This document shows, piece by piece, positions 9,500-18,566 of a stretch of 57,733 bases of DNA (positions are counted from its first letter, which is position 1; every line of letters starts with the position of its first letter). The translations under genes were made by a program, and so were the position numbers. Source of the stretch: Tolypothrix carrinoi HA7290-LM1 (GTDB lineage Bacteria; Cyanobacteriota; Cyanobacteriia; Cyanobacteriales; Nostocaceae); assembly GCA_019358935.1 (NCBI GenBank), contig JAHHIK010000051.1, forward strand, positions 1-57,733, given 5' to 3'. A model generated the notes under the pieces. The model made no database searches and was not told the origin of the DNA. It worked only from the letters and a program-made list of their open reading frames with translations.

Positions 9500-10328
9500 T
9501 TGACACTCTCCGCCCTTTAGGGTCGGAGATTCTTGGTTCAGTAAGCTCGCCGTAAACCTTCATGTCCCACAAACAAATCGCCGACTTGTTCGCTGGCAAT
9601 ACCTAACCAAACATCCGTAGCACACTACGCAATATCGAGTCAGTTCATGAAAGACCTAGAGGGCATCTGTCCACGCCACATGCGTGACTGTCGGGAAACC
9701 CGACGGCAGATGCTCCACTTGGGGAAACCCCAAGACCGCACTGCCTCCCCAACGCAGTGGCTCCCAAGCTTTCAGGTACTTTATCAAGAGTGCCTTAAAA
9801 AGCCGTTTCTCCCTTTTCCCCACGTTCCCGTGTGCCCCACGGTACGCTGTTTCTCAAATTTTGTCTTTTCTAGGATTATCGGTTTGTGTTAGAAACCTAG
9901 GTTTTTTAAGAGGACTTGCCTTACCCTCTGAGCATTACTACTTTCTAGTCAGTCGTGTGGGGACACCCCAGATTTGTATTGTCACGAAAAGCGCGGTTTT
10001 TCAGCCTGTGCTATATTATTAGTATAGCTAATTGTTCTAAATATGGCAACAGGTAAAGGGAAAAAACGAGTAAGAAATATTCCGGTACTGTATGACGAAC
10101 CTAAAAAAATGAGGGGTGTATATTTAACAGATACCGCATGGCATACAGTGCAAGAATTAGCAACAAAAAAGAAAGTTAGTGCCAGTGAGTACCTAGAAGA
10201 GTTGATTAGGAAACATTGCGTCAAGTAACGGCGTAAACGCCTTCACCCGTTTTCATCAATGCGCCTAAAGTACGGATGTATCCTCGCATTGCGGACACAT
10301 CCGAGCATAGTTTTCAACGGGTATCCTT
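9500..10328 (-). mobile_element. Non-autonomous IS200/IS605 derivative lacking tnpA and tnpB, retaining left end, small RHH gene and omegaRNA-like right end
   Basis: The minus-strand right end is AGAATCTCCGACCCTAAAGGGCGGAGAGTGTCAA (hairpin plus TCAA at 9500). The segment GTACCGTGGGGCACACGGGAAC…AAGCTTGGG resembles the 3' end of cyanobacterial tnpB. The left end is TTAT|AAGGATACCCGTTGAAAAC…GATGAAAACGGGT at 10328. Confidence 0.7.
10043..10228 (+). CDS. Small ribbon-helix-helix (CopG-like) DNA-binding protein inside the IS remnant
   Basis: 61 aa and basic. The pattern KKMRGVYLTDTAWHTVQELATKKKVSASEYLEELIR fits beta-strand-helix-helix RHH. Confidence 0.6.
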   Translation: MATGKGKKRVRNIPVLYDEPKKMRGVYLTDTAWHTVQELATKKKVSASEYLEELIRKHCVK

Positions 10329-10338
10329 ATAACCTGCG

Positions 10339-10962
10339 TTAAATTTTCTTAGAATCTAGAGATTTTACCATCCATAGAGACTGGGTTTGATAACCCAATT
10401 GATTGTAAAGATTTAATGCGGGTTGATTTGACTTAAAGACTTGCAAACCAATTTGGCGATCGCCTCTAGTGAACGCCCAATTTTCTACATATTGCATCAA
10501 AGCTTTACCAATACCGCGTCGCCGATGTTCGCTCACCACATACAGCAAAAAGATATGAGCATGGCGATCGCCTCTGACTTGATCTATTGAATTTCCCACC
10601 CAGAGACAAGCGACGGGGGATGGGGGGAGGGGGGAAGGGGGGGATGGGGAGAGGGGGAGAGGGGGGGATGGGGAGAGGGGGGGATGGGGAGAAAGAATTA
10701 TTCTCCTTGTCTCCAAGGAGTCTCCCTTGTCTCCCTTGTCTCCCTTGTCTCCCTTGTCTTCCTTGTCTCTAAGGAGTCCGACAAAATCCACCCACCACAG
10801 AGGTGTTTCGCTGGAGAAGTATTGCTCGACTGTTCGCGCTAGGTGGGAAAAATCCTCACCCGGAAACATATCCTGATAAGTTCGCTGCATGAACTTTACC
10901 AGCAGTGCTCGATCTAAAGTTGAGCCACGGCAAATATTGTACCCAGGTAGTAAGGAATTCAA
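10339..10962 (-). CDS. GNAT-family N-acetyltransferase with an in-frame low-complexity repeat insertion
   Basis: HAHIFLLYVVSEHRRRGIGKALM (motif A) and NQPALNLYNQLGY. Start uncertain (TTG ~10962; the ORF track extends to 11010). Confidence 0.8.
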   Translation of the reverse strand: MNSLLPGYNICRGSTLDRALLVKFMQRTYQDMFPGEDFSHLARTVEQYFSSETPLWWVDFVGLLRDKEDKGDKGDKGDKGDSLETRRIILSPHPPLSPSPPLPLSPSPPSPLPPSPVACLWVGNSIDQVRGDRHAHIFLLYVVSEHRRRGIGKALMQYVENWAFTRGDRQIGLQVFKSNQPALNLYNQLGYQTQSLWMVKSLDSKKI

Positions 10963-10978
10963 AGGAACTAAATTGCTG

Positions 10979-11161
10979 TTAGCTAGATAATGGTGTAAAT
11001 GGCAACTCAAAATTAGGTAAAATACTTACTCCTACTTCTTCAATCGGTGCGGGTGCTGCCATATCAGAAGGTAAAAAAATGCGAGCGCTGACTGCTACTA
11101 GAGCAAGGGTAAATACTAGTATTGCCAACAAGGGGGCGATGTATTGACGAATTATAGCCAT
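10979..11161 (-). CDS. Small single-pass membrane hypothetical protein
   Basis: ATG start, one hydrophobic helix (YIAPLLAILVFTLALVAVSAR) followed by FLPSDMAAPAP. Co-oriented within an apparent operon. Confidence 0.6.
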   Translation of the reverse strand: MAIIRQYIAPLLAILVFTLALVAVSARIFLPSDMAAPAPIEEVGVSILPNFELPFTPLSS

Positions 11162-11260
11162 GTTTTAATTGTAAGCAGCAATGGACTTTTATGAGGAACT
11201 TGTGCTTATATTTGTGAAGTTAATTCTGATTTATTTTAGCGATTTTTGGGGGATATAAGG

Positions 11261-11668
11261 TTAACGCCGATCGCGTTCTAAATCGGCGATCGCTCTTTCC
11301 CAATACCAATCTTCGGGCATTCCTGGATGATTCTGCTTTGCTTGTTCAATTAAGCGATCGGCGGCGGCGGTGTCTCCTGATAATAAAGAAACGAGCCTGT
11401 TTTTCATGCGATTTTGAGATCCACCTGTACTATCGTCTACCCAATTGGGTATCTCTTGGGCAAATGACTCAGAATCCTGTCGGCGAAACTGCCAAAATAA
11501 AACGTAATAAAGTGTACCAAAAATTAGTATCAGGCTGAGTGTTCCTAAAAAAGTTAGGAGGTTAAACGGCAGAAATCCTAAAACTAACTGAGACAGAACA
11601 TAGCCAAGTAATAAACCGGTAACGAAGAGAATAAATGTGCCGACAAAAACGACTACTTGGTTTGCCAT
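11261..11668 (-). CDS. Hypothetical membrane protein (two TM helices, C-terminal 'LLSGD…WYWERAIADLERDRR' domain)
   Basis: Overlaps the ampG stop, suggesting coupling. Two hydrophobic segments. Confidence 0.7.
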   Translation of the reverse strand: MANQVVVFVGTFILFVTGLLLGYVLSQLVLGFLPFNLLTFLGTLSLILIFGTLYYVLFWQFRRQDSESFAQEIPNWVDDSTGGSQNRMKNRLVSLLSGDTAAADRLIEQAKQNHPGMPEDWYWERAIADLERDRR

Positions 11669-12966
11669 AAATCCTCATTTTCTTGATCGAGTCCTGGTCT
11701 GGGCATTGCTTCTATTGGAGAATTCCAAGGGGCAAACACTGGTAACAGGAGTAGTCCCGGCACAGCGGCGACAATAGTAATTAAGAAAAATGTAGACCAA
11801 CCTGTAACAGCCGCGATCGCACCTCCTGGAGCAGATAGAATATCACGGCTGACTGCCATTAAGCTAGAGAGTAAAGCATATTGGGTTGCAGAAAAGCGCT
11901 GGTTACAAAGACTCATCAAAAAGGCAACAAAAGCGGCTGTTCCCAACCCACCACAAAACTGTTCTATGTTAATAGCTAAGACCATTGCTTGGTAATTTTT
12001 GCCAACAGATGCCAGAAATAAGTAAGCTAAATTACTGACAGCTTGCAAAATGCCAAAGACCCAAAGTGAACGATTTATACCAATTCTGCTTAATATTGAA
12101 CCACCAGCCAAAGCACCAACAATAGTAGCGATTAATCCCATTCCTAACTTAATTGCCCCAATATCAGTTTTGGTAAAACCAGTTTGCAGCAAAAACGGCG
12201 TAGTCATATTACTCAGCAAGGCATCGCCCAATTTATATAGGGTAATAAATAATAAAATCAACAAGCCCTGCATAACACCTTTGCGCTGAAAAAATTCGCC
12301 AAAGGGTAAAATTACAGCATCGACTAAAGAGGCGGGAGGGCTAATTTCTTTTGGTTCTGGTGCAAATAAGGTCGCAAAAATACCGATCGCCATCGTACCA
12401 GCCATGATTAAATAAACTGACGACCAAGGCAAGCGATCGGCAAGTATGAAAGCCAAAGCACCTGCTACTAACAAACCAATTCGATAACCTAAAATCCAAA
12501 CCGCTGCACCAGCACCCATTTCTAATGGTGTTAAAACGTCGGTGCGGTAAGCATCACCAGCGATATCTTGAGTAGCACTAATAAAAGCGATGATAATGGC
12601 GTTGATGGCGAGAAATTGTAATGCTTGTTTAGGTTGTTGAAAACCCATGATGGCGATCGCACACATTAAAGCAATCTGCGTCAACAGCAACCAACCCCGT
12701 CTTCGTCCTAAAAATGGTAGGGTGAATCTATCCAGAAAAGGCGACCAGAGAAACTTCAACGAATAAGGCAAACTGGCGAGGTTAAACCAGCCAATAGCCG
12801 CCAAATCCACCTTTTCTACGGTCATCCAAGCCTTTAAGGTATCACCGATTAAATATAAAGGCAAGCCGGATGCCAAACCGAGTAATAATAAAGCCGCCAT
12901 TTTGCGGCTAACAAAAACTTGTCCGAGTCCTTTAATTTGTTTCATTATTTCCAGATTCATCCTCAC
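11653..12966 (-). CDS. ampG: AmpG-family muropeptide MFS transporter
   Basis: LGLASGLP, LKFLWSPFLDR…LGRRRGW, SATQDIAGDAYR, YKLGDA, FSATQYALLSSL. Confidence 0.9.
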   Translation of the reverse strand: MRMNLEIMKQIKGLGQVFVSRKMAALLLLGLASGLPLYLIGDTLKAWMTVEKVDLAAIGWFNLASLPYSLKFLWSPFLDRFTLPFLGRRRGWLLLTQIALMCAIAIMGFQQPKQALQFLAINAIIIAFISATQDIAGDAYRTDVLTPLEMGAGAAVWILGYRIGLLVAGALAFILADRLPWSSVYLIMAGTMAIGIFATLFAPEPKEISPPASLVDAVILPFGEFFQRKGVMQGLLILLFITLYKLGDALLSNMTTPFLLQTGFTKTDIGAIKLGMGLIATIVGALAGGSILSRIGINRSLWVFGILQAVSNLAYLFLASVGKNYQAMVLAINIEQFCGGLGTAAFVAFLMSLCNQRFSATQYALLSSLMAVSRDILSAPGGAIAAVTGWSTFFLITIVAAVPGLLLLPVFAPWNSPIEAMPRPGLDQENEDLWQTK

Positions 12967-13314
12967 ATCAGTAAATTTTAGTTATCTTGTCATAGCTGTT
13001 GTATAATTTAATGCCAATATGCCAGAAGCAGAAATAAAGGCGATCGCTTACACCTAACTTTTTCCACCATCTTTTTTTGAGAGTGAAATTAATCTGAGTA
13101 TGACTGACTTAATTGAAATAGGTTTATTTCAATGTGATTAATGCAGTTTTAGCTGTTAATTGAAGTCTCACTCTCTGCTTGCTTATCATTCTTAAAGGCA
13201 TGAAAGAATAGTATTGTGTTGAAAACCGATATGATGTTATAGTTTCCAGACAAATTGTCCTCTCATCAGGGCAAATACACCTATAAAGGATGTCCCTTTA
13301 ACATATCTAGTTCC

Positions 13315-14775
13315 TTAAGTTTCGTTAATGTGGTAGATTTGATGTCCTCTAATTTCTACTTCGTGTGCGGCAAGGCATTTTTCCCAACCTTTACGGGTGC
13401 CAATGTCGCTTTTACCTTTGAGCAATCCTAATTTTTCTTCTTGTTGAGTGAGTTTAGCAAATTCTGCGAACATAGGATAGTTAGAAGTGACAAACGTCTC
13501 TTTGCGGTGGAGAATTGGCGGATTTACCCTGCTTTGATAGTCTCGGTGGGTTATCTTTAAAGTCTTAAAGTCAATAATGATACTCGCTTGCAACGCAGGA
13601 TGGGGGTCTGTGTCGAATTCTGGGTAAAACAGGTAGCAAATTTGCTGTTTATCTGTGCAATATTTTATCAGTGTGGCTTGATCTACACGTCCGACAGTGC
13701 GACTAGCGCAGCCTTCATAAATTCGTAATATGGGGTCGAGTGCAGAAAGTGCCCAAACGTGAACGTAAAGAGCGCTGCGAGTGCGTTTACCGATTTTGCT
13801 TTTTTCGCAAGCTGTTTGAATAACTTCTGGTTGACCTAAGCTGAAAAGCTTGGCATCAGCGACTTGACATGCTTCTTCGTAACTACCGAAAAAGGCTTTG
13901 ATGTCGTAGCGCATTTCCGGGGCTAGTTGAGAGAAATTTGGGCGTTTATCGAAGTGGGTGAGAGCAAGGTAAACTTGAATATCAAGAGAACGACGATAGG
14001 CGATCGCATCCCATTCCGCTTCGTCAGTTGCTTGTAATATCACCGCAAAGGCACGGCGAAAATTACCAAATTCAATCAGTAATTCTTGTTCATTTTCTAA
14101 TTCACCTTTCATCGGCAATCTGCCACGTCGCGTATAAAATGCCATCAGTGGTTGCAACTTTTCTTGATAGTCTTCAAACCGCTTTGTGGGGATGCGGACG
14201 GGAGGCGTAGAATTGCTAGAAAAAAAGCGGATGGCTTTGTAGCTTTCTTTTTGAGCCTCATCTCTAAAAACAAAATAGATGCCTAACGCTACCGGGACTG
14301 CATCTGTATTTAGCGCTTCATAAATGTAACTTTTTAGTTCTTCTTGTACGTAATATTTCTGAAATGTATTGCGACGGGTGACGATGCCATCACCGTAAGC
14401 TAATTGAGCGTTGCTGGGAGCATCAATCAGCACTTGAGCCGCGACAATTAAAACTTGGCGGGTGAGTTCCCAGGCATGTCTGAGTGCTTCACGCCGTTCC
14501 TCTGGGTTTTCTATCACGTTGAGGACATAGCCCAAGTTGACGACATCTGCTGGGGTGAGTGGTATATCTGGATAATAGTAAGGGTCCCAGCCTGTACTGG
14601 TGTAACCTAAATTTGCTACTCGTTGCACATCGCCACCGTGTCCGCATCCGTAGTCAAAAAACGTGGTATCATTATTTAAAATTGACCATTCTATTGCCAA
14701 TCGCACAGGACGAGATATGTCAGTGCGAACAATCGCGGCTCTGTGACGTTCGATTTCTAAGTAGCTTTGTGACAT
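13315..14775 (-). CDS. DNA phosphorothioation-associated putative SAM-dependent methyltransferase
   Basis: ERHRAAIVR..ISRPV, SAM motif FFDYGCGHGGD, GWDPYY, DVVNLGYVLNVIE, TFQKYY, FDTDPHPAL, NPPILHRKETFV. Lies directly downstream of dndE. ATG at 14775; the longer ORF start runs through STRR. Confidence 0.85.
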   Translation of the reverse strand: MSQSYLEIERHRAAIVRTDISRPVRLAIEWSILNNDTTFFDYGCGHGGDVQRVANLGYTSTGWDPYYYPDIPLTPADVVNLGYVLNVIENPEERREALRHAWELTRQVLIVAAQVLIDAPSNAQLAYGDGIVTRRNTFQKYYVQEELKSYIYEALNTDAVPVALGIYFVFRDEAQKESYKAIRFFSSNSTPPVRIPTKRFEDYQEKLQPLMAFYTRRGRLPMKGELENEQELLIEFGNFRRAFAVILQATDEAEWDAIAYRRSLDIQVYLALTHFDKRPNFSQLAPEMRYDIKAFFGSYEEACQVADAKLFSLGQPEVIQTACEKSKIGKRTRSALYVHVWALSALDPILRIYEGCASRTVGRVDQATLIKYCTDKQQICYLFYPEFDTDPHPALQASIIIDFKTLKITHRDYQSRVNPPILHRKETFVTSNYPMFAEFAKLTQQEEKLGLLKGKSDIGTRKGWEKCLAAHEVEIRGHQIYHINET

Positions 14776-14897
14776 AAAGATATTAAAAATAACCACAAGA
14801 AAGTAGGGACTAGGGACTGGGGAATAGGGAATAGGGAATAGGGCATTGGGCATAAAAAAATCTCCCATTAAACAAAAGCCCATTGCCCATTACCCAT

Positions 14898-15053
14898 TCC
14901 CCCCTTCGGGGTTCTGAAGTCGCTCATGGGGGAGACCACGGCAGATGCGTGACAGTCGGCGTTCGCCCTTGGCGTTGCCGAAGGCTAGCCGCCCAACGCA
15001 CTGCCTCCCCTTGGCGTTAGCCTCTCCCTTTGGGAGAAGACCGCGCTGGCTCA
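14898..15053 (-). repeat. Composite palindromic small dispersed repeat, inverted relative to the copy at 15533-15662
   Basis: CCCTTCGGGGTTCTGAAGTCGCTCATGGGGGAGACCACGGCAG…TTGGCGTTAGCCTCTCCCTTTGGGAGAAGACCGCGCTGGCTCAC, embedded in CCCATTA heptamers. Confidence 0.85.
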
Positions 15054-15099
15054 CCATTACCCATTACCCATTCCCTTGTTTTCTGTGGTTTAATAATCC

Positions 15100-15489
15100 T
15101 TATATCTTTTTAATTGCCAGTTCTATCAAATCTTCAATCTTCTTGATATTTAAATCGCCTGCTAAGTAAGCAATCCCGCGATGTAAATGCAGGCGAAATT
15201 GCGTTACTAAGGTTTCTTTGTCAGTACCTAAATTATCGTTGTAGCAACGTTGTTTGAGCGCCAGTAAAAGAATATCACACATTTCGCCCCCAAAAACGCG
15301 CCAAGTCATTTCCACGTTGCTATCTTGGGGAATTGGTACGGGGGAGGGGATGGTAGGTTCAGCGAGGGAACGACAAAATGCCCAACGACAGAGGATATTC
15401 CATTGGTCGATTTTGGTGTTGCGTCTTAGTTTTAGAAGTTGGTCTTTTGCGGTTTGGGAAAGTTTAATACGTTCAATTGGTGTTTCCAT
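15100..15489 (-). CDS. dndE: DNA sulfur modification protein DndE
   Basis: METPIERIKLSQTAKDQLLKLRRNTKIDQWNILCRWAFCRSL…FRLHLHRGIAYL, 129 aa, downstream of dndD. Confidence 0.92.
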   Translation of the reverse strand: METPIERIKLSQTAKDQLLKLRRNTKIDQWNILCRWAFCRSLAEPTIPSPVPIPQDSNVEMTWRVFGGEMCDILLLALKQRCYNDNLGTDKETLVTQFRLHLHRGIAYLAGDLNIKKIEDLIELAIKKI

Positions 15490-15532
15490 GCGGAGTGGGG
15501 AGTGGGGAGTGGGGAATGGGTAATGGAGAATG

Positions 15533-15662
15533 GTGAGCCAGCGCGGTCTTCTCCCAAAGGGAGAGGCTAACGCCAAGGGGAGGCAGTGCGGTGGACGGGT
15601 TCCACAGGCTACAGCACCTGCCGTGGTCTCCCCCATGAGCGACTTCAGAACCCCGAAGGGGG
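15533..15662 (+). repeat. Composite palindromic small dispersed repeat, near-identical to 38632-38760
   Basis: GTGAGCCAGCGCGGTCTTCTCCCAAAGGGAGAGGCTAACGCCAAGGGGAGGCAGTGCGGTGGACGGGTTCCACAGGCTACAGCACCTGCCGTGGTCTCCCCCATGAGCGACTTCAGAACCCCGAAGGG within GGTAATG arrays. Confidence 0.85.
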
Positions 15663-15765
15663 GAATGGGTAATGGAGAATGGGTAATGGGGCATAAAAAG
15701 AATCTCTTATTACCAATTTCCAATTTCCAATTCCCAATTCCCAATTCCCAATTCCCAATTCCCCA

Positions 15766-17748
15766 TTACCAAAAATATCCAGGTTGTATGGTAGTTTGGC
15801 GGGTGGAGGAGTCGTATTTGAGGAGGTATTCACGAGCGATCGCGCAATTTTCCCGCAAGGTTTCAACTTCTTGTTTGCCTATCTCAGTATCTGTAGATAA
15901 TAAAATTACTTGATGGCTGGCTGAGGGAAAGTAACGTTCTACTAAGTTACCACGGTGCGAAGAATCTAGTCTGCCTAGCGGTGTATCGATGGCGACAGGT
16001 AAACGGCGTCCGGAGACTCGCGCTAAACCCCAAAGAAAGGCGATCGCTAAAAGTTGTTTTTCCCCAGCGGAAAGTCGATGTTTGGGAACGGGTTTCCCCT
16101 GTAAATCATAAAGCGAAAGGCTGAAACTATTGGTGTCAATAGCGACGCGATGCACTAAATCAGATTTGTGCAAAAGATAGCGAAAGCATTCTGTAACTTC
16201 AACTTCTAGTTTATTTAACTTTCGCAAAGTTAATTTTTCGCGGAAAATTTTCAGTGTATCTTGAACTTTAGCAGCCGAGTAAATAATATGCTCTTTATTT
16301 TGGCGATCGATATTTTTTTCCGTATAGTTTTCTAGCTCTTTTTTAGTATTGCGAATATTACCATCTAATTCATCCAAACGGCGTTTTGTTATTTCCCAAC
16401 TTGCTTTAGCTTCAGCAACTTGCTGTTGTGCTTGTTGCAAATCATCAACTAATCTTTGATAATCTTCTGGTGATGCAGCAGTTTGAATTTGTCTTTCTAA
16501 AGTGATAATTTCTTCTTCTTTTGTTTGTAATATATTGAGTTTATCTTCGGCATTATTTTTTGCCGATCGCAAGTGATGATGAATAATATTATCTAACTGA
16601 TGCAGTGTTTCGCTATCAGTTAATAACCAAGGCTGTTCTGTTGTAGCTTTTTCTAAAGATTGATTTTCTTGATTGATAAAATGTTTAATTTTATCAACTT
16701 TTTCATCACCTAGAGCCAAATTGTGAATCAAATCGAGTAATCGTTTATCTCGCGCAACTAATAAATCATGTGCTATTTTCGCTTCTTGAATATGAAGTTC
16801 TTTTTCTCCTTGGGTGTAAATCTGATTCAGCAAAGGTTCAATTAAAGCCAATGGTAAAATATCAGCCGCTAATTCACACATTACTTGACGTGTTTTCTCG
16901 GCTGACGCAGTTATTTCTGATTTCTGCTTCTCTAACTGACTGCGTTCTCCAGCGATTTTACCACCTTCAGAAATGAATTTATTAACAGTTTCTTGCTGAT
17001 GAAGTTCAACTTCTTTTAACTTTTCTTGTAAAGACGTTAATAAGAGCGTTTCTGCATCGTATTCATTTTGCTGCTCTTTTAGCCTATTTTCAATTTCCTC
17101 TAAGTTTGCCAAATATTTAATATCCGCAATTTCCTTGCGTTTGCGATTGACTAATATTTCCAAATCAACTGCTAAACGTTCAGCTAATTCTAGCCCTAAA
17201 AGTCCGCTAATCGCTTCAACTACAATCGGTGGTGGTATTTCTTGTTCTGCGAGTTCTTTAACTTGTTCTCCGTCAAAGAGAAATAAATTAGAAATTCCTA
17301 CTGGGAGTAGATTTTCAATGTACTCATCCCAGATATTAGCTAAAGCAGTATCAAGCCATTCATTAGCATCTAAAATACCTAAGTGGTCTTTACCGTCTTT
17401 AGGATTTTTATCCCAAGTCCGCACCACGCGGTATTTTACTGGTTTATCGTTTTCAATATGTTCAAAAACTAATTCAATGCGCGTTTTCTCAACTGGGTCG
17501 GTGTGACTGTTGACACATTGAGTGAGAAAATCACTATAGCTCAGATTACCGCGAGTAGAACATTGAGCGCGATGTCCATAAAGTGCGAGACGAATCGCAT
17601 CCATCAGGGTAGTTTTCCCACCACCATTCATCCCCCCTAATAGGATAATGGGACGAGAATTTTCTTCATCAATTTCTGGGTTAAGATTGATGACTTGTTT
17701 CCCACAGTAGGGACCAAAGTTTTGTAAGACGAGTTCAAGAAATTTCAT
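15766..17748 (-). CDS. dndD: DNA sulfur modification protein DndD (SMC/ABC-type ATPase)
   Basis: LQNFGPY, Walker [20 protein letters not shown], coiled coil, signature LSAGEKQ, Walker [22 protein letters not shown]. Confidence 0.93.
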   Translation of the reverse strand: MKFLELVLQNFGPYCGKQVINLNPEIDEENSRPIILLGGMNGGGKTTLMDAIRLALYGHRAQCSTRGNLSYSDFLTQCVNSHTDPVEKTRIELVFEHIENDKPVKYRVVRTWDKNPKDGKDHLGILDANEWLDTALANIWDEYIENLLPVGISNLFLFDGEQVKELAEQEIPPPIVVEAISGLLGLELAERLAVDLEILVNRKRKEIADIKYLANLEEIENRLKEQQNEYDAETLLLTSLQEKLKEVELHQQETVNKFISEGGKIAGERSQLEKQKSEITASAEKTRQVMCELAADILPLALIEPLLNQIYTQGEKELHIQEAKIAHDLLVARDKRLLDLIHNLALGDEKVDKIKHFINQENQSLEKATTEQPWLLTDSETLHQLDNIIHHHLRSAKNNAEDKLNILQTKEEEIITLERQIQTAASPEDYQRLVDDLQQAQQQVAEAKASWEITKRRLDELDGNIRNTKKELENYTEKNIDRQNKEHIIYSAAKVQDTLKIFREKLTLRKLNKLEVEVTECFRYLLHKSDLVHRVAIDTNSFSLSLYDLQGKPVPKHRLSAGEKQLLAIAFLWGLARVSGRRLPVAIDTPLGRLDSSHRGNLVERYFPSASHQVILLSTDTEIGKQEVETLRENCAIAREYLLKYDSSTRQTTIQPGYFW

Positions 17749-17774
17749 TTTACTTGAGAAATAAAATATATCGA

Positions 17775-18566
17775 GCGAATGGAATTCGCAGCTACACAGG
17801 CAAAGTCCGCGATTAGGCGGACTAAATGTAAAATTGTTATGGAAAAGCTACACAGGCAAAGTCCGCGATTAGGCGGACTAAATGTAAAATTGTTATGGAA
17901 AAGTAAGTTCCCAGGTAGGAATGATTGATTTTTGACTATGGTGTGTAGCTTGATTTCTGATGTAATTAGCTACGTTGTCAATAGCATCATGACTTACTGT
18001 AAATGCTGCATAGCTACCTTGCCATTTGAAAAACTCACTTGATTTAACTTCGTGGCTGATGAAATGGGAGGAACTTCCTTTAATTTGTTTAATCAGTTCA
18101 GATACGGTTACTGTTGTTGGAAAACCCGTTAGCAGATGCACATGGTCTTCAACACCACCGATTGCAATTACTGTACATTTTAACTGTTCGCACTCACGAA
18201 TAATTGATGCATAAACAAGTTTTTGGATATCAAGTGTAATTATAGGCAATCTATCCCAGGTTGCCCAAACATAATGTAAATACAATTGTGTGTAATTTGA
18301 CCTCATTTTCCTTGACCCGCGTAGGCGGGTTTCATCTGTGTAGCTGCGAATTCTATTCGCTTTTTATTAGGCAATCTATCCCAGGTTGCCCAAACATAAT
18401 GTAAATACAATTGTATGTAATTTGACCTCATTTTCCTTAACCCGCGTAGGCGGGTTTCGTCTGTGTAGCTGCGAATTCTATTCGCCCTTTTTATTTTTAA
18501 ATTTCATACCCGCTTCCTTAACCCGCGTAGGCGGGTTTCGTCTGTGTAGCTGCGAATTCTATTCGC
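17775..18566. mobile_element. REP/RAYT-like locus: IS200-type HUH transposase flanked by inverted GTAG-palindrome repeats
   Basis: The unit ACCCGCGTAGGCGGGTTTC.TCTGTGTAGCTGCGAATTCTATTCGC occurs at 18315-18360, 18440-18485 and 18521-18566. An inverted variant is at 17775-17823, with a partial copy at 17846-17879. Confidence 0.75.
17893..18306 (-). CDS. tnpA: IS200/IS605-family Y1 HUH transposase (RAYT-like)
   Basis: LYLHYVWATWDR, HUH motif EDHVHLL, IKGSSS, WQGSY, catalytic-Tyr helix YIRNQATHH. Confidence 0.9.
   Translation of the reverse strand: MRSNYTQLYLHYVWATWDRLPIITLDIQKLVYASIIRECEQLKCTVIAIGGVEDHVHLLTGFPTTVTVSELIKQIKGSSSHFISHEVKSSEFFKWQGSYAAFTVSHDAIDNVANYIRNQATHHSQKSIIPTWELTFP

Noticed and set aside
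15490..15744. N-terminal extension of DndE (and similar extensions of the methyltransferase, NadB, IMPase and DLH ORFs)
   Set aside because: The extensions are translations of STRR or palindromic repeats. Family similarity starts at the downstream start codons.
18315..18566. Three 46-bp repeats with 35-80-bp gaps as a mini-CRISPR array
   Set aside because: The gaps are copies of adjacent tnpA and dndC sequence with unequal lengths, and inverted copies flank a transposase. This fits REP-like repeats better.
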